The notes under the pieces are model-generated. The model had not been told where the DNA came from. It ran no database searches and saw nothing but the letters and a program-made list of their open reading frames with translations. From contig NC_069008.1 of NCBI RefSeq assembly GCF_001194135.2, positions 1,715,003 to 1,778,531 on the forward strand: a DNA stretch of 63,529 nt, in the 5' to 3' direction. The translations under genes were made by a program, and so were the position numbers. Below, in pieces: positions 24,334 through 37,994 of the stretch. Numbering within the stretch: position 1 is the first letter of the stretch; each line of letters starts with the position of its first letter. This DNA comes from Octopus bimaculoides. Lineage: Eukaryota.

Positions 24334-24775
24334 CTCAAATACCCAAAATATCAAGGAGTTTCTACCTCATAAACATGAGTTACACCAGTTATTTTGTGAT
24401 CTTTGCTACCCTGGTATCTATTAACCAATTTATTTTGTCCGAGTTATTTATTAATAAGGAGAAAATAAATACGTATAATGTATATATATATATATATATA
24501 TATAATACAAAGAATATATATACATGTATACACACATATATGTACATACTTACATCTACATGTGTATATACATGCATATCAGGGTACAGGACGTTAGAAC
24601 AATAAACTACAGACAACGGAACGAACACATAGGAAAACGGAAAGCCCCTTGGAATATCCCTTCATCAGCTGTCTCTATTCTATCTAGAAGTTTCGAAGAT
24701 AGTTAAGTATATGTCCGGTCATAGAGTGACCAAGGGCTTAGCCTCATGGACATATGCTTAACTGCATAGAAATAC
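24320..24775 (-). mobile_element. Putative Penelope-like terminal repeat (family PLE-2)
   Basis: Minus-strand GAAAC and CTGATGAAGGGATAT motifs, structured hairpin 24701-24763, inverted end duplication. Confidence 0.45.
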
Positions 24776-25630
24776 ATTATTGCTCTATGGTTTAGAATGT
24801 GCTTCTTTTCCGGATATATGATACACTGACAATATATATACTCTGTTACTTGTTCCAGCCATTTTACTGCGGCCATACTGGAGCACCTGTGTGCGAGCGG
24901 AGCAATTTCTTTTGGGAGCATTTGCACATTAAATTAATAGTTTAATAGTAATCTATGCTATCTGAAAGGTATTTATAGGAAATTTCATTACAAAATATCC
25001 ATTTTTCTGAAAGTTATGAGGAAACAAACTTAGGAGGGATACACTTGTGTAGGGACACCGGATGTTTCTGTTTTCATTTCCTTTTTGTTATTCAGTGTAT
25101 ACAGATCGTGTAACTGGTATTTTTAGTCTATTGGTCCCTTCTCTCTCGTCTCTCAGCGGCCCCTCGGTAGAATGAATGAACGACAAAATTCCGATTTCGT
25201 GTGGAATTAGAATGTGAAGGGAGTTAACTGTGTATGTATATATATATATATGTATGGGCGTAAGAGAAAGAGGGGGAGAGAGAAGGCGAAAGTGAGTAGG
25301 GGGAAGGGAGAGAGACGAGGGAAAGAGACAGAGTAAGAAGGAGGTGGAACAGGGAAGGAAAGAGAGAGGGAGAGAGAGAGAGAGAAAAAGAGAGTGTTGC
25401 AGACTGAAAATCGATGAGTGAAGGCTGATATGGAGTGAGAGTGGAATGGTTGAGAACGGGGTTGAGGCGGGAACAGAGTGGAGCTAAAAGTGGAAGAGAA
25501 AGTAGAGTGAGGTGTCGCAGTGTAAAAATAACTACTAGTTTCCCCACTGCATAAATAAACAAACGTTACTCGTTTGATACCATTATCATCATGTACATCA
25601 ACAGCAGGGAAGTAGACCCTCCCTCTATGT

Positions 25631-25705
25631 CAGACATGGGCAACCCTTTTCGAGAAGCGGGCCGCACTGCTAAAAAACGAAAATAGTGTCACGGGCCGCA
25701 GTTTG
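25631..25705 (+). mobile_element. Possible hAT (Charlie-like) left-end fragment
   Basis: cagacatgggcaac...gcgggccgca resembles Charlie-type termini; no matching right end seen. Confidence 0.4.
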
Positions 25706-26519
25706 CTCTATGTAGTCTCTCACCCATATCAACCACCAGTGTTAGATATCAGAGGTATGTCGAACAGAGACCAAGTCACAACGGACATAATACAATTTTG
25801 GTCGCTAGTCCTGTTAGAAATAGCAGCTAGATCGCTCTCAAATCACACCCTACTGTCTGGTGGTGTATGTGAGCGACCTCTTCTACGATAGTCCAGGCTC
25901 GACCAAAGCTTTGTGAGAGTATTCGGTAGACGAAAACTGAAAGGAATCCCGTGGTGTACACACACACATGGAGTATGTGTGTGTGTTTGTTTACCTTCCT
26001 ATAGTTTAGCAGATCGGCAAAGTGATCAATGGAAAAATAAACAAAAAACAAATACGGGGGAGTCGGGGAGACCCTTTAATAGTACCCCAGCATGAAAAGG
26101 GAAAAGATGTACGTATGTACGAGTGATCGAATGACAGAGCTCTGGGTGGGAATAACTGAATCTCCTTCAAATCACAATAATTATTTTATGTTCGTGAGCA
26201 ACATGACACCTATATCGGGGAGAAAACAAACAAACAGTTCTTGCTGTTTTTAAAAAAACAGAAGACGTGCTGTATTTATATATATGCAGTCTTTTTCCTG
26301 TTAACAGTATTTTAAAAGACGAGATGGGTCGCGTCTAGAAAGCGTTTTTATTTTATTTCATTTTTTTCCCTGATATAATTTTATCTTACATACTGCCTAA
26401 TGTATATCAGATCGGAGTTGACCTGGAGCTAAAAAAATCAACAGGAGCAACAATTAAAGATAAATAGATTTAGAGATGAAATAATGGGTCATTTCTTTTT
26501 GTATGCCATTAGCTCTCTT

Positions 26520-26570
<51 letters not shown>

Positions 26571-27612
26571 ATCTTTTTTATTGGGGCCAACAGAGGGTAT
26601 ATATATTTATATATATATATATATATATANNNNNNNNNNNNNNNNNNNNNNNNNNNNNNNNNNNNNNNNNNNNNNNNNNNNNNNNNNNNNNNNNNNNNNN
26701 NNNNNNNNNNNNNNNNNNNNNNNNNNNNNNNNNNNNNNNNNNNNNNNNNNNNNNNNNNNNNNNNNNNNNNNNNNNNNNNNNNNNNNNNNNNNNNNNNNNN
26801 NNNNNNNNNNNNNNNNNNNNNNNNNNNNNNNNNNNNNNNNNNNNNNNNNNNNNNNNNNNNNNNNNNNNNNNNNNNNNNNNNNNNNNNNNNNNNNNNNNNN
26901 NNNNNNNNNNNNNNNNNNNNNNNNNNNNNNNNNNNNNNNNNNNNNNNNNNNNNNNNNNNNNNNNNNNNNNNNNNNNNNNNNNNNNNNNNNNNNNNNNNNN
27001 NNNNNNNNNNNNNNNNNNNNNNNNNNNNNNNNNNNNNNNNNNNNNNNNNNNNNNNNNNNNNNNNNNNNNNNNNNNNNNNNNNNNNNNNNNNNNNNNNNNN
27101 NNNNNNNNNNNNNNNNNNNNNNNNNNNNNNNNNNNNNNNNNNNNNNNNNNNNNNNNNNNNNNNNNNNNNNNNNNNNNNNNNNNNNNNNNNNNNNNNNNNN
27201 NNNNNNNNNNNNNNNNNNNNNNNNNNNNNNNNNNNNNNNNNNNNNNNNNNNNNNNNNNNNNNNNNNNNNNNNNNNNNNNNNNNNNNNNNNNNNNNNNNNN
27301 NNNNNNNNNNNNNNNNNNNNNNNNNNNNNNNNNNNNNNNNNNNNNNNNATACATGTACACACACACACACATATATATAATACATATATTATATATATGC
27401 ATATACATATATATACACAGATATACATACATACACACATATATATACATATTTGACATATATACATACACACATCTTTATATATGTATACACACACACA
27501 TGTATATATATGTATACACCTACACACACATATATATACATATTTGACATATATACATACACACATCTTTATATATGTATACACACACACATGTATATAT
27601 ATGTATACACCT

Positions 27613-27647
<35 letters not shown>

Positions 27648-28538
27648 CATACATACATACATACACATATTATACACACAAGCACACACATATATAGTGT
27701 GTGTGTGTGTGTGTGTGTGATCACATCTGTCAGAGGAAAGGTAACGCAAAACTCTTGAGAAACAGTTTTGTGAAGACTTCCGCAGCTTTAATAAAAGCAT
27801 ATTTACTCTACCTTCAGTATTCGAGTACTAATTTTTGTCCACCTTATTTTGAATTTATGTGCTTGCTCGTGTGTATACATACATACATATCATATTTTTA
27901 CATATATACACATATAGATACATACATATTACACACACACACACACACACACATACATACTTACAATATAAAACTAAACCCCTTCAAGCTGGTGTCCCAG
28001 CACGACCGCAGTCCAAGATACACATCATATACACAACCACAGGCATGCATAAGTCGCAAAAGTTGACCACAGTTGAGGAGGAAAAAGGGATTTGCCAGCA
28101 GTATTATTTATAAGGTTAAGTTGATCTTGCATGTCTGGGTGGGTGAGATTCAAACGCCATTATATCCCAATTTAAAATACAAGAACTACAACGGAATTCA
28201 TTGTGAACGTGTGTATATGGTTTTGGGTGTATATGCATGAAGGTGTATGGGTTGCGGACACCGTTATGAACAACCAGAGGCGAAATCAAGCCAAGAATAG
28301 ACTGTCAATAAGTATATATGAATTTATACTCGATCAACGCACTCTAGCCATCGCATTGAGTTATATACTAGTGTTTATAATGTGAAATATATATTATACA
28401 CTTCACAATTCTTACAATACAGAGCCATATCTGTCTATCTACGTATACATTACATACACACCCGTATGTCAGAGATTTATTATTGATTATATATATATAT
28501 ACATACACATACAGAAACTCTCAGTCCCTCTCTCTCGG

Positions 28539-28577
<39 letters not shown>

Positions 28578-28777
28578 NNNNNNNNNNNNNNNNNNNNNNN
28601 NNNNNNNNNNNNNNNNNNNNNNNNNNNNNNNNNNNNNNNNNNNNNNNNNNNNNNNNNNNNNNNNNNNNNNNNNNNNNNNNNNNNNNNNNNNNNNNNNNNN
28701 NNNNNNNNNNNNNNNNNNNNNNNNNNNNNNNNNNNNNNNNNNNNNNNNNNNNNNNNNNNNNNNNNNNNNNNNNNNNN

Positions 28778-28853
<76 letters not shown>

Positions 28854-30882
28854 CATATATACATAAGCTATGTGAATTTCTGGCCATGTGTATGAATGAT
28901 GGACGTGATAGTAGTAGATGGGTGATGACGACGATGTCTGAGGTGATGTTTAGATCACCAATGGAACCGCCACAACCCAGTTTATTTAGATAAATCAACA
29001 CCACAACCTCCACCACGTCAAGTCTCCCGTCATACAGTGTTTTGACCACTACTATTACTACTAACAACTCCCCCACTCTTTCCTAGTCAGCCTTTTACTA
29101 CTATCACCGTCTCTACCACCGCCATCGTCTCCACCTGCACCATCATCATCTCTGTAACGTTCTCTTACTTATCCCTTTCCTCTCCCATCAAGCTGCATTC
29201 TTCAGTTATGCTCACAACATACTAACAACCATCACTAGGACAAATAGCTCACACATATACATACATTCCCAATATACACACGCAGCATCATATACGTATG
29301 TGTGTGTGTATTATATATATTTTACACACACGAACCATACTTCCCCCATCACACCCTCTCTTTCCATTCTAAAACACACTATACACATACATACATGCAT
29401 ATATACAGCATTAAATTGCTCATGCCACCCCACTGTTCATCTATCACCAGTAAACAAGTGCCACATACCACGCAACACAATTAACCCTACCCATTGGACA
29501 CACACACACACACACACAGCCCTGACAGCCTCTTCGTGGTCGCTCGACCTGCTAAAAAAAATAGCAACCAAATCTCCCTAAAATACCTTCTTTAACACAC
29601 ACACACACGTATTATATTAGGACATTTAAATGGTTCTCCCCGGAATTCCCAACCTATAGAAAAAGGAGGGATGATCACGGCTGGCTGGAATGCTTTTCAG
29701 CATAAGTCTACCCGAACGAGTTAAGAGAGAGCAATCTCAAAGTTAATGAAATAACAGCTAAATCTCTCTCGTATCAACAGAACAGACCACATTAAACAAG
29801 TCAGGGCACACTGGCTGGATTATGTGGTCTTAGAATATATTTTGATTGAAATATATGAGTATAAAAAGATTTAAAGAAAGGTGATAGTGGTCACTGTGGA
29901 ACGTCTTTGATAAGTTGGTTCGATCAGGACAGACCCGGGGTTAAACAACATAGCTGTAACCTGACGTCGATCAGATCAGACAGAGGGAGTCACCAGAGGC
30001 CCGGGATGAATGAAAGAAACACTTGAAGACGGCACAGAGAAAGTGGCGGTGAGAGATGACAAGATAAGGAAGTTGTTGTGCAAGAGAGGAAGGGTGTGAG
30101 ATGAAGAAGTGGGGTGGTGTAGACAGTAAGGAGAAGTTGTGAGAAAGCGGAGGGTGGGTGGGAAGAGCAGAGAGAGAGTAAAAGCGAAAATAGAAAGTGA
30201 GGGGGTGAGTAAAAAAGGTGCAGAGAGGTAGAGGGAGATAGAGAATGAATCGAAGTAGCACAGAGATAGTAAGAGGTAATGACTGCAACAGAAATACAAG
30301 GAGGAAGAAGCGATGACTAAAACATAGAGAGAAAGAGTGAGTGATGGGAGGAGGAAAGTAAGATGTAAACAGAGAAGTAAAAAGGGAAATAAAGATAAAG
30401 TATAAGAAAACAAAAGGGACGTGAAAAGAGATGGAGGGATAATGAAGGGGAGGCAAAGAGAAAGTGTCAGAAGACAAGGGAAAGATGCGGAGGAGAGAGA
30501 GAGAGACTGCTTGTGTGTATGTGTATACATGTTGCAAAGAGGCGTAGGCAGAGGTAAGGAAATAGAGACAGGTGTAATGAAGATAAGATGACGATGCGAA
30601 GAGAAGGAAGTAGGATGAGGTATCGTTAAGGCGGGAGGAAAGAGAGAGTGGAAAAAAAAAGGGGGTTGGAAAGAGGGAAAAAGATAAGGAAAGGGAGAGG
30701 GGGAGAAACCCAACAGACAAGAAAGATACTGAGTGAGAAGGGAGTTAAGAGAAGAGGTAAAAAAGAAGATTAACGAATAAAAGAGGGGGGGAAGAGAAGC
30801 AGAGAAGGGGAGGAAAACGTCTGTTGAGCCCAATAGAGATGGAATGTTGGAATGTATTCTTTTTTTTTGGAGGGAAGCGTAC

Positions 30883-30913
<31 letters not shown>

Positions 30914-31127
30914 AGTCAATGTTTACATGTTAGTGTGTATGTATTGTAATGTTTATGTATGTAACGCAATGTTAATGCGTGAGTATGTTAGGGGCGAGAA
31001 AGAAGTGTGCATGTGTGTGTGTATGCTGCAATGTGTGCGATTGGATGTGTGTGTGTGTGTGCTTTATATGTGATGTATGCGTATGAGACGAGTCTGTGAT
31101 ATAATATGGATGCGCACGCGATATCTT

Positions 31128-31830
31128 TTATCTTTTACTTGTTTCACTCATTAGACTGCAGCCATGCAAGAATTTTTTAGTCGGATTAATCGACCCTAGT
31201 ATTTATTTCCTTTTTTAAGTCTGGTATTTATTCTGTCGGACACCTTATGCCGAACCGCTAAGTTACAGGGACGTAAACACACCAACAACGGTAGTAGGGG
31301 ATAAACAGACACAAAGACACGCACACATACAATATATATATATATACATACATACATATATACGACAGGCTTCTTTCAGTTTCCGTCTACCAAATCAGCT
31401 CACAATGCTTTGGTCGGCCAGAGGCTATAGTAGAAGACAGACACTTGGCCAAGGTGCCACGCAGTGGGACTGAACCTGGAATCATGTGGTTGGGAAGTAG
31501 ACTTATTTCATTCACTGGACTGCGGCCATTCTGGGGCACTGCCTAGAGAGGTTTTTAGTCGAATGAATTGACCCTCAGTACTTATTCTATCGGTCACTTT
31601 TTGTCAAAAGGCTGAGGTACAGGGATGTAAATTAACCAACACCGGTCCTCAAGTGGTGGGGACAAACATAAACACATAACAGACTTCTTTCAGATTCCGT
31701 CTACCAAATCCACTCACGAGGTTTTGGTTATCCGGAGCTACAGTAGAAGAAACTTGCCCGAGGTGCAATGTAGTGGGAGTGAGTCCAAGTGAATATGGCT
31801 GGAAGCAAGCTTTTTACCCCACAGCCGTAT
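31128..31830 (-). mobile_element. Two tandem SINE family A copies
   Basis: Collinear with the family A reverse complement. Confidence 0.85.
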
Positions 31831-31881
31831 AAAACAGTATAATGTATGTGGTTGAATATACCATATAGCTGATCCATTGTT

Positions 31882-32207
31882 GTGAAGGCGCGTGGCTTGG
31901 AGGTTAGGGTATTCGGCTCAGGATCGCAAAGATGTGAGTTTGTCTCCTGGCGGCAAGTTGTATCCTTGAGCAAGATACTTTATTGCATGTTTCTCCAGAC
32001 CAATCAGCTGGCAAAAACGAGTCGTACCTGTAATTCAATGAGTCAGCCTTATCACATTCTGTGTTATGCTGAATCGCCCTGAGAACTACATTAAGGGTAC
32101 ATGTGTCTGTGGAGTGCTCAGCCACTTGCACATTGATTTCACGAGCAGGCTGTTTCGTTCATCTGATAAACGGGAACCCTTATTGTCGTGACCAACGGAG
32201 TTGCCAG
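31882..32207 (+). mobile_element. tRNA-derived SINE sharing its 3' half with 43825-44211
   Basis: gtgaaggcgcgtggct head, ccttgagcaagatact core, shared tail ctgagaactacattaagggtac...acggagttgccag. Confidence 0.8.
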
Positions 32208-32432
32208 TTAGCTGAACTGTTGTACAATACAAACAACATACATTGTTTATGGTGATATGGATTTGTTGATGTTGTCATGTCAGTCTCACGCCACTTCTGA
32301 CGATTATCTCCATCAATAGTTTCACGTTCGATCTACAAATCAATACGCAGCTCCAGATATACCACATGCGGTCATTCGACCTGCTAGAAATAGCAGCCAA
32401 ATGCACCTGAAATCATACTATTGTCTTGAATA

Positions 32433-32640
32433 CGAGGCGGGTGCTGAAAAGTTCCTAGCTTTATGGGTATTGCAAAAGGCCTGGCTGGAGGCCAACCTTC
32501 CAAGTTCTCAAAATTACCGAAGTAACCACTGCTATAAGTGTATGAATTCGAGAGGGGAATATGTTGAATAACATCATAATTAACTGATCCTCCTGAACTT
32601 TCTTTTACCCCCAAAACAGGCACTTTTCAGCACACCCTTG
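32433..32640 (+). mobile_element. Internally deleted mariner with transposase C-terminal remnant (second left-end copy 32906-32998)
   Basis: TA then TIR cgaggcgggtgctgaaaagttcc, inverted copy at 32617-32640; 32527-32571 translates HCYKCMNSRGEYVE*, resembling the mariner end motif RWxKCxxxxGxYVE. Confidence 0.85.
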
Positions 32641-33029
32641 TGTGTGTGTGTGTGTGTATCATCATCATTGCCGTTTAATGTTCGCTTTCCGTGCTGGTAT
32701 GGGTTGGACGGCTTGACTGAGGACTGGTGAGCCAGAAGGCTGCACCAGGCTAAATCTGATCTAGCAATGGATGCCCTTCCTAACGCCAAACAACATAACG
32801 TACACTGAGTGTACAACCAGATGAGAGAGACACACAGAAGGCCCCTAACTCTTCATCAGTTATCAACCAAATGGTATTACTCAGTTTCGCACCATATACA
32901 TATTATGAGCGGGTGCTGAAAAGCACCTGGCTTTAAGGGTATTGCGGAAGGCGTGGTTGAAGGCTCAACCCTCCAAGTTCTTTTACAGGGCTTATAGGAC
33001 CTCGGATTAAGCAAGGAAAATGAGTACAT

Positions 33030-34436
33030 TACAGAATGGTCATTGCTGAGCTGGGACTAAACAACAAGGCTACACTTTGTCTAAATAAAAGATGGGACTG
33101 TTATGGCTGAAACATGATCCGGGTGTGGCTGTGTGGTAAGTAGCTTGCTTCCCAACCACATGGTTCTGGGTTCAGTCCCACTGCATGGCACCTTGGGCAA
33201 GTGTCTTCTACTATAGCCTCGGGCCGACCAAAGCCTTGTGAGTGGATTTGGTAGATGGAAACTGAAAGAAGCCCGTCGTATATATGTATATATATATGTA
33301 TGTGTGTCTGTGTTTGTCCCCCCCAACATCGCTTGACAACCGATGCTGGTGTCTTTACGTCCCCGTAACTTAGTGGTTCGGCAAAAGAGATCGATAGAAT
33401 AAGTACTAAGCTTCCAAAGAATAAGTCCTGGGGTCGATTTGCTCGACTAAAGGCGGTGCTCCAGCATGGCCGCAGTCAAATGACAAACAAGTAAAAGAGT
33501 AAAAGAGATGTCTGCTAAATAGAGCTGATCCAGGACAAAATAATAAGGATACATAAAATAATGTAGTCCTAGGTACATTGTGTCTAAATATAAGACAGGA
33601 TGGACATGCCTGGAACATCTGTGAACTATATGTTAGCAAAATTAAGGCTGTGAGGGACAAAACAGTAAGGGTTTGTAAAACAAGATAGTCCTAGATACAC
33701 TATGTCTATATAAAAGACAGGATGCAACTTCTGTGAACTGTATGTAAGTGAAATCAGAGCTGTTTGGGCGTAAACAATAATGGTACATAAGAATGTAGTC
33801 CTATGAGTACTCTAGATAACAGACAGGATGGTCATCACTGGAGCAGCTGTGACCTAGCTCCAAGATATACTATAAATAAAAACAGCATGGTCATTTCTGG
33901 AATACATTACATCATGTGTCTGCTGGATCATGGCTGACCATTGACAACAAAGACATTAAACAATGTAGTCCTAGATGCACTAAGCCGGAATAAAAGGTTG
34001 GTCACTTTGAAAATACTTTGGTCTAAAGGACAGCTTTGTAGGACTGACCTGGGGGATAAACAAAAAAGGCACATTAGATAATGTAGTCCTAGATGCACAA
34101 TGTCAAAGTTAAGGTCAAGATGGTCACTTCTGGAACAACTTTGATCATAGGTTAGTCAGATCAAGGCTGATCTGGGGGTTAAATAACAAAGGACACATTA
34201 GGTAATATAGCCCTAGATGCACAATGTCAGAGTTAAAGACAGGATGGTCACTTCTGGAACATCTATGATCATAGATCTGTTGGATCAAACTGACTTCAAG
34301 CTAAACAACATGGAAAGACAAGTCCAATAATGTAGTCCTAGATGCACAATGTCAGAGTAAAGATAGAATGGTCACTTCTAGAATATCTTTGATGATAAGC
34401 CTGCCAGATCATGGATGACCTGGGACTAAACAACAC
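33030..34436 (+). repeat. Tandem array of ~9 T-module units (~120-125 bp), interrupted by SINE A
   Basis: Repeated aatgtagtcctagatgcacaatgtcagag...ggatggtcacttctggaac...ctgacctgggg.taaacaa. Confidence 0.9.
33121..33507 (+). mobile_element. SINE family A, full-length, close to the apparent consensus
   Basis: A box TGGCTGTGTGG, B box GGGTTCAGTCC, internal (TA)/(TG), tail gtaaaagagtaaaagag. Confidence 0.95.
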
Positions 34437-34445
34437 TCTCTCCTT

Positions 34446-34785
34446 TTTTTTTTTTACTTGTTTCAGTCATTTGACTGCGGCCATGCTGGAGCACCACCTT
34501 TAATTGAGCAAATCGACCCCAGGACTTATTCTTTGGAAGCCTGGTACTTATTCTATCAGTCTCTTGTCGGTTGTCAAGCAATGTTGGGGGGACAAACAGA
34601 CACACAAACATATACACACACATACATACATATATATATATATATACGACAGGCTTCTTTCAGTTTCCGTCTACCAAATCCACTCACAAGGATTTGGTCG
34701 ACCTGGGGCTATAGTAGAAGACACTTGCCCAAGGTGCCACACAGTGAGAATGAACCCAGAACCATGTGGTTGGTAAGCAAAAAAA
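34446..34785 (-). mobile_element. SINE family A
   Basis: Reverse complement of the 33121 copy with a ~40-bp deletion. Confidence 0.92.
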
Positions 34786-35124
34786 AATTAGAACATTTTG
34801 TGTCTTGTATATTCTATTGCTGATAAATTTTAACAAAAAAACCTTATATGGAACCCGGTTGAGAACCACTGAGCTAAACAAACACTATATTTGATATTAA
34901 ATCAAAAAGGGGTTTCATCAACACTCTCAGGGCAAACACTTGTTGCATGTTGTTTAGGTCTGGGTTAAGCCCAATCCAAGCTGACCTTGGATCAGAAACA
35001 TTCCTGCATAGGAACACGCATACATGAAACAGTAGGATGACTCAAAGGAGACTTGGCTGCTACTTCTTACCAAGTCAAGCTAGCATCTAGCCCTTCCTTC
35101 GTATCAAATATATAAAGTATGCAC

Positions 35125-35624
35125 GCATGCGTGTGCATATACATACATACATATACATATATACATACATATATACATACATATATGCATACATATATGC
35201 ATACATATATGCATACATACATACATATATGCATACATACATACACATATGCATACATATATGCATACATACATACACATATGCATACATACATACACAT
35301 ATGCATACATACATACACATATGCATACATACATACACATACATACATACACATATGCATACATACATACACATACATACATACACATATATACATACAT
35401 ACATACACATATATACATACATACACATATATACATACATACATATGTATACATACATACATACACATATATACATACACATATATATATACATACATAC
35501 ACATATATATATACATACATACACATATATATATACATACATACATACACATATATATATACATACATACATACACATATATATATACATACATACATAC
35601 ACATATATATATACATACATACAT

Positions 35625-35655
<31 letters not shown>
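35125..35655. repeat. Complex (ACAT/AT/AC) microsatellite with ~20-bp higher-order units
   Basis: acatatgcatacatacatac and acatatatatacatacatac units. Confidence 0.95.
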
Positions 35656-36784
35656 GGTGGGTTCAGGAACGTTGTACAAAGTTTGCTTCCCAACCACATG
35701 GCTCTGGGTTCAGTCCCACGGAATGTCACTTCTACTATAACCTCAGTTCGGCCAAATCCACTCATAAGAGTGGTGTGGTAGGCAGGAACTGAAAGAAGCA
35801 CGCTGTGTGTGTGTGTGTACCTTTGTGTCCCTGTAACTGAACGATTCAGCAAAAGAGACTTAGAAGAAAAAAAAAAAACGTGTACTGGGGTCAATTCATT
35901 CCACTTAAAATCTTTTCAATGTTCCTCAGTATGGCAGCAGTCTAATGACTGAAAAACATGTAAACGATACAGAATATACACCTAAACCTATGCGTGTGTG
36001 CGTGTGTGTGTACGCGCGCGCGCTATATGTTCACGCAAACACACATGTAAGATAGTAGGCTAATTGAAGGTAAATTTGTCTGCTATTTCTAGCAGGGTCA
36101 AGTAGCCTCTCTCTCGTTGGCTCGAGGTCAAAAGATGGAAGGTTTTTAAGCGACAGATTAAGGAAATGGCCTCTATTTTCGTCGAGTCTTGTAGCAGCAA
36201 ATTGGCCTGGCACTTGTTTGTGCTGCTGCTTTTAATTGTGGGTCAGCGAGCAGCTGGAATATTATTTGATGGCCGCTGTTCTTCTTCCCACACTCAAAAC
36301 TTGCCTTGTTTTTTTTTTTGACAAGTGTAAATAAGTAAATAGGCCAAAGAAAAAGCAAAAAAAAAAAAAAAAAAAAGAAGGGGGTGATGGTGGTTTAGAA
36401 AAGTATAATAGGGGAAATGAAGAAAATAAAACTGAAGTATTTTCGGGCATCTGAGGCGATAATGGCTATTCATTGTTAGCATAATTACTTTATTAAATAC
36501 TAAAAATAAAAAGAATATTCTCTTTCTCTCTTTCATATAAATATGTGGTTACTGGGGCCCTGTTTTTAAGAAAAGGGAGTATAATTGTAACATTTAGGCC
36601 CAAGACATACACACACACATATATACTAAAAGTATGTACATACACGGCATTACGTATGCTGTATATACATACGTACACACACAGACAGACATACATGTAA
36701 ACCTACAGACAAATAGTTGCGTACAAGTTATTTCTACACGACAATATTGAGTGTTACATATTTTCATATCAAATGGCTATATCA

Positions 36785-37335
36785 TTTATCTTTTACATGC
36801 TTCAGTCATTAGACTGAGGTCTTGAAGTATTTTAGTCGAATGAATCGACTCCAATAATTATTATTTTATAAGCTTGGTATTTATACTATCGGTTTCCTTG
36901 TCGAACCGGTAAGTTACGTGGACGCAAACACACCAACACTGTTTATCAAGAAGTGGTGGGGGAACAAAACAGACAAAAACATCGCGCGCGCACAACCACA
37001 CACAGGCTTTTTTCAGTTTCCGTCGGTAATTTTTCAGATTAACAACACCCGCACGATCTTCATTCACTAGGGTGTTAGGGTTAGGGACGTAATTCCCTAA
37101 CCCTAAAACCCTAACCGTAACCCTAAACCTGACCCTAACACCCTAGTGAAGATCGTGCGGGTGTTAATCTGAAAAATTACCTTTCCGTCTACCAAATCTA
37201 TTCACAAGTATTTAGTCGCCCGAGGCTGCAATAGAAGATACTTGCTGCAATAGAAGATACTTGCTCAAGGTGCCATGCAGTAAGACTGAACCCGGAATCA
37301 AGTGGTTGGAAAGAAAGATTCCTTAACACAGCAAC
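36785..37335 (-). mobile_element. Diverged SINE family A hosting the MITE at 37025-37181
   Basis: SINE motif ttcagtttccgtctaccaaatc is split by the insertion. Confidence 0.85.
37025..37181. mobile_element. 157-bp palindromic MITE with GG termini, 8-bp TSD and TTAGGG/CCCTAA motifs (Merlin-like)
   Basis: TSD tttccgtc at 37017-24 and 37182-89; arms 37025-37080 and 37133-37181 are reverse complements apart from two small duplications (aac, ttca). Confidence 0.9.
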
Positions 37336-37994
37336 GTCTGAAAATTTCGTTAAAAAATACCAATTTTCTTGAAAGTTAGGAAACTTTCAGGAAAATTTCG
37401 ACAAATGTGAATTGTCTGAAACTCCTCTCCCCATCTCCCTCTTCTCAGGAAAAGTTTTTGTTTCATGACAAATTCCGATATAAATCGTAATCTTCAACGT
37501 CTACATGGTAATTCGTAGAGAATTTCACTAAAAAAATATCCATTTTCCTGAAAAGTTATGAGAACAAAGTTGAGGTATGAGGAGGGCAGACTTGTGGAGG
37601 TAAAGCCATATCTGTACTCTTTTATTTTCACCACCAACGGACCCACAGGAAGAGGGGAGGGCTTTACAGTCATGTTTGTAACCTAACCATACCACACCCA
37701 TCGCCCACATAGCGGCACCATATGCCCCCACCGCCGCCCTTTTACACATGTCTGTTAGTCTGTCTCCTCAATTGTCACCGACCACAGCCGGTTATGGTAT
37801 ATGTAGTCAACTCACACACATGGTCCCTCTAACACTATCCGTAAGTTCTGAATTCTGGCTGCTGAAAGCAATATGGAGACAGAAAGAGAGATACAGACAG
37901 GCAGTATATGCGTGTGATGTGTATCCATACAAATATATATACACACACACACGTATGTATATGTGTGTGTGTATGTAAAATATATTACTGCTCT

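Noticed and set aside
32853-32888. Minus-strand GAAAC-UGA-GUA followed by CUGAUGA
   Set aside because: Stems I and II cannot be formed in any hammerhead topology
35067-35894. ORFs rich in YI/HT/CV repeats
   Set aside because: Translations of (ACAT)/(AT) microsatellites
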